Source: Rhodospirillaceae bacterium
GTDB lineage: Bacteria; Pseudomonadota; Alphaproteobacteria; CACIAM-22H2
Direction: 5' to 3'
Length of the DNA: 64,000 nt
Assembly (NCBI GenBank): GCA_009694125.1
Contig: SHVT01000001.1
Span: 6,105 to 70,104, forward strand
The position numbers and the translations under genes are program-made. The notes beneath the pieces are model-generated. The model did no database searches. It was not told where the DNA came from and saw only the letters and a list, made by a program, of their open reading frames with translations. Positions within the stretch are counted from its first letter, which is position 1. The number at the start of each line of letters is the position of its first letter. This document shows positions 59,405-64,000 of the stretch, piece by piece.

Positions 59405-60958
59405 ATGGACAAGGTGGGCACTCAACATCGCGTCGAAATGCTTCAAGTCGCCGATACCGTCGCGCGCGAGAAAGGTATCGACCGCGAAGAGGTCCTTGAG
59501 GCGATGGAAATGGCCATCCAGAAGGCTGGCCGCGCCAAATACGGGCATGAACGCGACATTCGCGCTCATATCGACCGGCAGACCGGCGAGATCAACCTCG
59601 CTCGCTATCGTTTGGTCGCCGACCCGGTGGAGGGGGATGCGACGCAGATTTCGCTGGCCGAAGCCTCGGCGCGTAATCCCGACGCCAAGATCGGCGATTT
59701 CATCACCGATGAACTGCCGCCCATCGATTTCGGCCGCATCGCCGCCCAGACGGCCAAGCAGGTTATCGTGCAACGCGTGCGCGACGCCGAGCGTCAACGT
59801 CAGTTTCGCGAATACAAGGATCGCATCGGCGAAATCGTCAATGGCTTGGTCAAACGTGTCGAATTCGGCAACGTCACCGCCGATCTTGGCCGCGCCGAGG
59901 CGATATTGCGCCGCGATGAATGTGTCCCGCGTGAAAGCTTCAAGCCCGGCGATCGCGTCCGCGCCTATATCTACGATGTTCGCCAGGAAGCGCGCGGCCC
60001 GCAGATTTTTCTGTCGCGCACTCATCCGCAATTCCTGGCCAAGTTGTTCGCGCAGGAAGTGCCGGAGATTTACGACGGAATTATCGAGATCAAGGCCCTT
60101 GCGCGCGATCCGGGCAGTCGCGCCAAGATCGCGGTCATCTCCAATGATTCCGGCATTGATCCGGTCGGCGCTTGCGTCGGCATGCGTGGCAGCCGCGTTC
60201 AGGCGGTCGTCGCCGAACTCCAGGGCGAAAAGATCGACATCATTCCCTGGTCCGTTGATACCGCCACTTTCGTCGTCAACGCCCTGGCGCCGGCCGAAGT
60301 GGCGAAAGTTGTCCTCGACGAAGACGCGCACCGCATCGATGTGGTCGTGCCCGACGATCAGCTCAGCCTTGCGATCGGGCGCCGCGGCCAGAACGTCAGG
60401 CTCGCGTCGATGTTGACGGGCTGGACTATCGACATCCTGACCGAGGCCGAGGAATCGGAGCGGCGAACCGAGGAATTCAAATCCCGTTCGCAGCAATTCA
60501 TCGACGCTCTGGACGTTGACGACGTCATCGCGCACCTCCTCGTCACCGAAGGCTTTTCGACGCTCGAGGACGTGGCCTTCGTGCCGACCGAGGAATTGGC
60601 CGTCATCGAAGGCTTCGATGAATCGATCGCCTCCGAACTCCAGCAGCGCGCACGGGCGTGGCTGGAGGAGCGCGACAAGTCGCTGACCGATCGCCGCCGT
60701 GAATTGGGCGTGGCCGACGAGATCGCCGCTTTGGAGGGCCTGAGCCCAACCATGTTGGTCGCCCTTGGCGAAAAAGGCGTGAAGACGCTCGACGATCTGG
60801 GCGATTTGGCGAGCGACGAGCTCCGCGAAATCCTGGTCGACGCCAAGCTCAGCGAGGATGAAGCCAACGCCATCATCATGGCCGCGCGCGCCCATTGGTT
60901 CGAGGCGGGCGCCGACGGCGCCAAAGCGGCGGATCAAGAGACCCGCGGCGGCGATTGA
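59405..60958 (+). CDS. nusA: Transcription termination/antitermination factor NusA
   Basis: S1 domain, KH domains (…GACVGMRGSRVQ…) and a C-terminal acidic repeat region. Confidence 0.9.
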   Translation: MDKVGTQHRVEMLQVADTVAREKGIDREEVLEAMEMAIQKAGRAKYGHERDIRAHIDRQTGEINLARYRLVADPVEGDATQISLAEASARNPDAKIGDFITDELPPIDFGRIAAQTAKQVIVQRVRDAERQRQFREYKDRIGEIVNGLVKRVEFGNVTADLGRAEAILRRDECVPRESFKPGDRVRAYIYDVRQEARGPQIFLSRTHPQFLAKLFAQEVPEIYDGIIEIKALARDPGSRAKIAVISNDSGIDPVGACVGMRGSRVQAVVAELQGEKIDIIPWSVDTATFVVNALAPAEVAKVVLDEDAHRIDVVVPDDQLSLAIGRRGQNVRLASMLTGWTIDILTEAEESERRTEEFKSRSQQFIDALDVDDVIAHLLVTEGFSTLEDVAFVPTEELAVIEGFDESIASELQQRARAWLEERDKSLTDRRRELGVADEIAALEGLSPTMLVALGEKGVKTLDDLGDLASDELREILVDAKLSEDEANAIIMAARAHWFEAGADGAKAADQETRGGD

Positions 60959-61001
60959 TCGGGAATTGAACCAAGCCGCCTTATCGGGAGTACCGGACTC
61001 C

Positions 61002-61721
61002 TTGAACGCGGGTGATCGCGATGCACCTGATGCCGCGGACGCACCTGTCGATCCCTCGTTCCGACGTTGTGTGGCGACCGGTCGCGTCCTGCCGAAAGCA
61101 GCCCTGGTGCGCTTCGTCGTGGCGCCGGACGGCGTCATCGTGGCCGATGTCGCGGGGCGTTTGCCGGGGCGCGGTTTGTGGTTGGTGGCTCGCCGGGATA
61201 TAGTGGCGGCGCCTCGAACTCAGGGCGCGTTGATTCGGGCGGCGATGGCTGCGGTCGGTTCAAAGCCGACAATACCAGCAGACCTCGCCGATCGGGTCGA
61301 AGCGCTGTTGGCGCGCCGTTGCACCGATTGCCTTGGTTTGGCGCGCCGTGCCGGGCAGGCGAAGGTCGGCTTCGACACGGTGAAGGCTTGGTTGGAATCG
61401 GGACGGGCGGCGGTGCTGGTGGCTGCCCGCGATGGCGCGGCCAACGGGCGGACGAAGCTGCGATCTTTGGCGCCGGAGGCGCCATTGGTCGAACTGCTTG
61501 ATTCCGCTGAAATTGGCGCCGCTTTCGGGCGCGGCGCGGTCGTGCATGCCGCCCTCGCGCGCGGGCGGCTGGCCGATCAGTTTCTGATCGAGACCGGCCG
61601 ATTGGCGGGGTTTCGGTCCGGCGCTGGAGCGGACGGGACAACGGATCGCGACGTCGTCCAGGATCAAGACGATCGGGACGGCGATGAATCAAGGCGGCTG
61701 AAGGGCGACGGATCGAGCTGA
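61002..61721 (+). CDS. YlxR (DUF448) family protein fused to an L7Ae-like domain
   Basis: [40 protein letters not shown] is the YlxR motif. [14 protein letters not shown]…[10 protein letters not shown] is L7Ae-like. The start is uncertain (TTG at ~61002 or an internal GTG). Its stop overlaps the infB ATG (TGATG). Confidence 0.65.
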   Translation: MNAGDRDAPDAADAPVDPSFRRCVATGRVLPKAALVRFVVAPDGVIVADVAGRLPGRGLWLVARRDIVAAPRTQGALIRAAMAAVGSKPTIPADLADRVEALLARRCTDCLGLARRAGQAKVGFDTVKAWLESGRAAVLVAARDGAANGRTKLRSLAPEAPLVELLDSAEIGAAFGRGAVVHAALARGRLADQFLIETGRLAGFRSGAGADGTTDRDVVQDQDDRDGDESRRLKGDGSS

Positions 61722-64000
61722 TGGATACGAACGAGCAGGATCAGAAGCGGCAACTGAAGTTGGCCCGTCCGGGCCGCTTGGAGCTGGCAAAGGGTACCAA
61801 AACCAGCCAAGTCAGGCAGAGCTTTCCGCATGGCCGGTCCAAGATCGTCACCGTCGAGGTGAAGCGCAAGCGAGCGGTCGCGCCGGCGGTGGGCAAACCC
61901 GCGGATACCAAGATTCCCGCCGCCGAGACCCCGCCGCCGGAGCGTGCGCTCGAGGTCGCCGTCGCCTCGGTCCAAACCGAGGAAACGCGCAGAGCCGCGG
62001 TTCTGCGGACGCTGACCGACGAGGAACGGGCGGCACGGGCCCGCGCGCTCAAAGGTGCGCGGCTTCAGGATCTCGAAACCCGTTGTGTCGACGTCGTGCA
62101 GCTGCGCCGCCTAGAGGAAGAAGAGCTGAGGCGGGCCGAAGAACAGGCGCGGCGCAAGGTAGAAGAGGAGGCTCGGCGCAAGACCGAAGAGGAGGCGCGC
62201 CGCAAGGCTGAGGAAGAATCGCGCCGCAAAGCCGAGGAAGAAACCCGAAAATTGGCGGAGGCCGAGGCGGAAAAACGCCGGATCAAGGGTGAATCGGCCG
62301 GCGGCAAGCCGCAGGCCGCAACCGCCGAAGAAGAAGAGTTGGAACATAACCGCCGCCGCACGACCGCGCTGACGCGGCGTCCGCCCGTGGCGGCGCCGCG
62401 CCGGCCCGACGCAAAACGTCGGTCGGGCAAGATCACGGTCGTGCAAGCTCTCGATGAGGATCGCGGTGAACGTACGCGCAGCGTGGCCGCGTTCCGCCGC
62501 GCGCGGGAAAAAGAAAGGCTCCGTCAGCTCAAGGCCGAGTCCACGCCGCTAAAAATCGTCCGCGATGTCGTCGTCCCGGAAGCCATTACCGTTCAAGACC
62601 TCGCCAATCGCATGGCCGAGCGGGGCGTCGATGTCATCAAGGCGTTGATGAAGATGGGCGTCATGGCGACCATCAACCAGGTCATCGATGCCGATACGGC
62701 TGAACTGGTCGTCACCGAATTCGGCCACCGCCTGCGCCGCGTCACCGAAGCCGATGTCGAAATCGGACTGAAGGGCATCGCCGATGAAGGTGAGGTCCTG
62801 AAGCCGCGCGCGCCGGTGGTGACGGTCATGGGCCACGTCGATCACGGCAAGACATCGCTGCTCGATGCCTTGCGCACAACCGACGTCGCCAAACACGAGG
62901 CGGGTGGCATCACCCAGCACATCGGCGCCTATCGTGTGGAGCTGCGTTCCGGACGGCACATTACCTTCCTCGATACGCCGGGCCACGAAGCCTTCACGGC
63001 CATGCGTGCCCGGGGTGCTAAGGCCACCGACATCGTGGTCTTGGTGGTCGCCGCCGATGACGGTATCCAACCGCAGACGATTGAGGCCATCAACCACGCC
63101 AAAGCGGCGAATGTGCCGATCATCGTCGCCATCAACAAGATCGACAAATCCGACGCCAATGCCGACCGCGTGCGGCGCGATCTGCTCCAGCACAGCATTG
63201 CGACCGAAGAGATGGGCGGCGATACGCTCGCGGTCGAGGTGTCGGCGACCAAGGGCACCAATCTCGAGAAACTCGAAGAGGCGATCCTGCTGCAGGCTGA
63301 GTTGCTCGATCTAAAAGCCAATCCGAGCCGGCCGGCGGAAGGTGTCGTCATCGAATCCAAGCTCGAGCGCGGTCGCGGCTCCGTCGCCACGGTGTTGATT
63401 CAACGCGGCACGCTGAGAACGGGCGATGTCTTCGTGGCGGGCAGCGAATGGGGCAGGGTACGGGCGATCTATGACGACAAGGGCCGCAAACTCGACGACG
63501 CCGGCCCCTCGATGCCCGTGGAAGTCCTGGGATTGAACGGCACGCCCTCGGCGGGAGACGATTTTAACGTCGTCGACGGCGAAAGCCGCGCCCGCGAGGT
63601 CACGCTTTTCCGCCAGCGGCGTTCACGCGAAGCGCGGGTCGCCATCGGCAGTCGCGGCACACTCGAACAAATGTTCTCGAAGATCGCGGCGGGCGAAGCC
63701 AAAGAGCTGGCCGTGGTCGTCAAGACCGACGTTCAGGGATCCATCGACGCCATTCGCGGGGCGCTCGAAAAACTGACGAACTCCGAAGTCGCGGTGCGCG
63801 TCATCCATTCGGGCGTCGGCGGCATCAACGAAGGCGATCTGGCCTTGGCCAAGGCTTCGAACGCGCTGATCGTTGGCTTCAACGTTCGCGCCAACCCACA
63901 GGCCCGCGAATTCGCGCGGCGCGACGGCGTCGAAATCCGGTACTACTCCATCATCTACAACATCGTCGACGACGTGAAAGCGGCGCTGTCGGGAATGCTC
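61721..64000 (+). CDS. infB: Translation initiation factor IF-2, 5' portion (continues past the window end)
   Basis: N-terminal charged region, then the GTP-binding domain: [28 protein letters not shown]. No stop within the window, so it is absent from the ORF track. Confidence 0.9.
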   Translation, partial: MDTNEQDQKRQLKLARPGRLELAKGTKTSQVRQSFPHGRSKIVTVEVKRKRAVAPAVGKPADTKIPAAETPPPERALEVAVASVQTEETRRAAVLRTLTDEERAARARALKGARLQDLETRCVDVVQLRRLEEEELRRAEEQARRKVEEEARRKTEEEARRKAEEESRRKAEEETRKLAEAEAEKRRIKGESAGGKPQAATAEEEELEHNRRRTTALTRRPPVAAPRRPDAKRRSGKITVVQALDEDRGERTRSVAAFRRAREKERLRQLKAESTPLKIVRDVVVPEAITVQDLANRMAERGVDVIKALMKMGVMATINQVIDADTAELVVTEFGHRLRRVTEADVEIGLKGIADEGEVLKPRAPVVTVMGHVDHGKTSLLDALRTTDVAKHEAGGITQHIGAYRVELRSGRHITFLDTPGHEAFTAMRARGAKATDIVVLVVAADDGIQPQTIEAINHAKAANVPIIVAINKIDKSDANADRVRRDLLQHSIATEEMGGDTLAVEVSATKGTNLEKLEEAILLQAELLDLKANPSRPAEGVVIESKLERGRGSVATVLIQRGTLRTGDVFVAGSEWGRVRAIYDDKGRKLDDAGPSMPVEVLGLNGTPSAGDDFNVVDGESRAREVTLFRQRRSREARVAIGSRGTLEQMFSKIAAGEAKELAVVVKTDVQGSIDAIRGALEKLTNSEVAVRVIHSGVGGINEGDLALAKASNALIVGFNVRANPQAREFARRDGVEIRYYSIIYNIVDDVKAALSGML

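Noticed and set aside
59297-61138. 613-aa minus-strand ORF antisense to nusA/ylxR
   Set aside because: Low-complexity and fully overlapped by the conserved nusA and ylxR genes. Spurious long ORFs like this are common at this GC content.
1-64000. Mobile elements, integrases, CRISPR arrays, rRNA/tRNA genes
   Set aside because: No transposase or integrase-like ORF, no spacer-repeat array and no rRNA or tRNA signature was found. The only repeats are the 18-bp x3 array and short palindromes reported above.

Overview
This is a high-GC (~65%) alphaproteobacterial chromosomal window, likely Rhodospirillales-like, and most of it is conserved housekeeping. Read left to right, it contains:
- an LpxH-like phosphoesterase gene that runs off the left edge;
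- pmbA, a fatty-acid hydroxylase gene and ubiD;
- a bifunctional aldolase/short-chain dehydrogenase gene and mtnP;
- the cytochrome bc1 operon petABC;
- a single 455-codon ORF that fuses a TrmL-type tRNA methyltransferase to the oxygen-dependent coproporphyrinogen oxidase HemF;
- cca and a CoA pyrophosphatase gene;
- the conserved MoxR / DUF58 / BatA_N-DUF4159 / membrane-protein four-gene cluster;
- a YeeE/YedE gene pair and a pirin gene;
- two tandem Sel1-repeat exported proteins;
- the fused anthranilate synthase trpE(G), with a candidate Trp-rich leader peptide (attenuator);
- genes for a UDP-sugar epimerase, an ABC1 kinase, PepF and an acyl-CoA ligase;
- a ~7 kb tightly packed minus-strand sugar-modification operon: N-acetyl-sugar amidotransferase, methyltransferase, GNAT, Gfo/Idh/MocA oxidoreductase, DegT aminotransferase, SDR epimerase, cytidylyltransferase and a small unknown gene;
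- tsaB-rimI, fur, olsBA, miaB-phoH-ybeY-corC-lnt, an XRE regulator with metK, trmB, and rimP-nusA-ylxR-infB, with infB running off the right edge.

No rRNA, tRNA, CRISPR or transposase genes were seen.

The less ordinary features are:
- The sugar-modification operon looks accessory. It is flanked on one side by a C-terminally truncated D-Ala-D-Ala dipeptidase gene and a ~250 bp AT-richer non-coding stretch.
- An unusual number of disrupted genes. These are a diacylglycerol-kinase-family remnant with an internal deletion, an orphan STAS+cNMP module with no transporter domain, an A8-homopolymer frameshift in a degenerate-EAL protein gene, and frameshifts in an amidohydrolase gene and in the operon's SDR epimerase gene.
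- A perfect 18-bp x3 tandem repeat plus a 22-bp perfect palindrome between petC and mtnP.
- A Fur-box-like palindrome upstream of fur.
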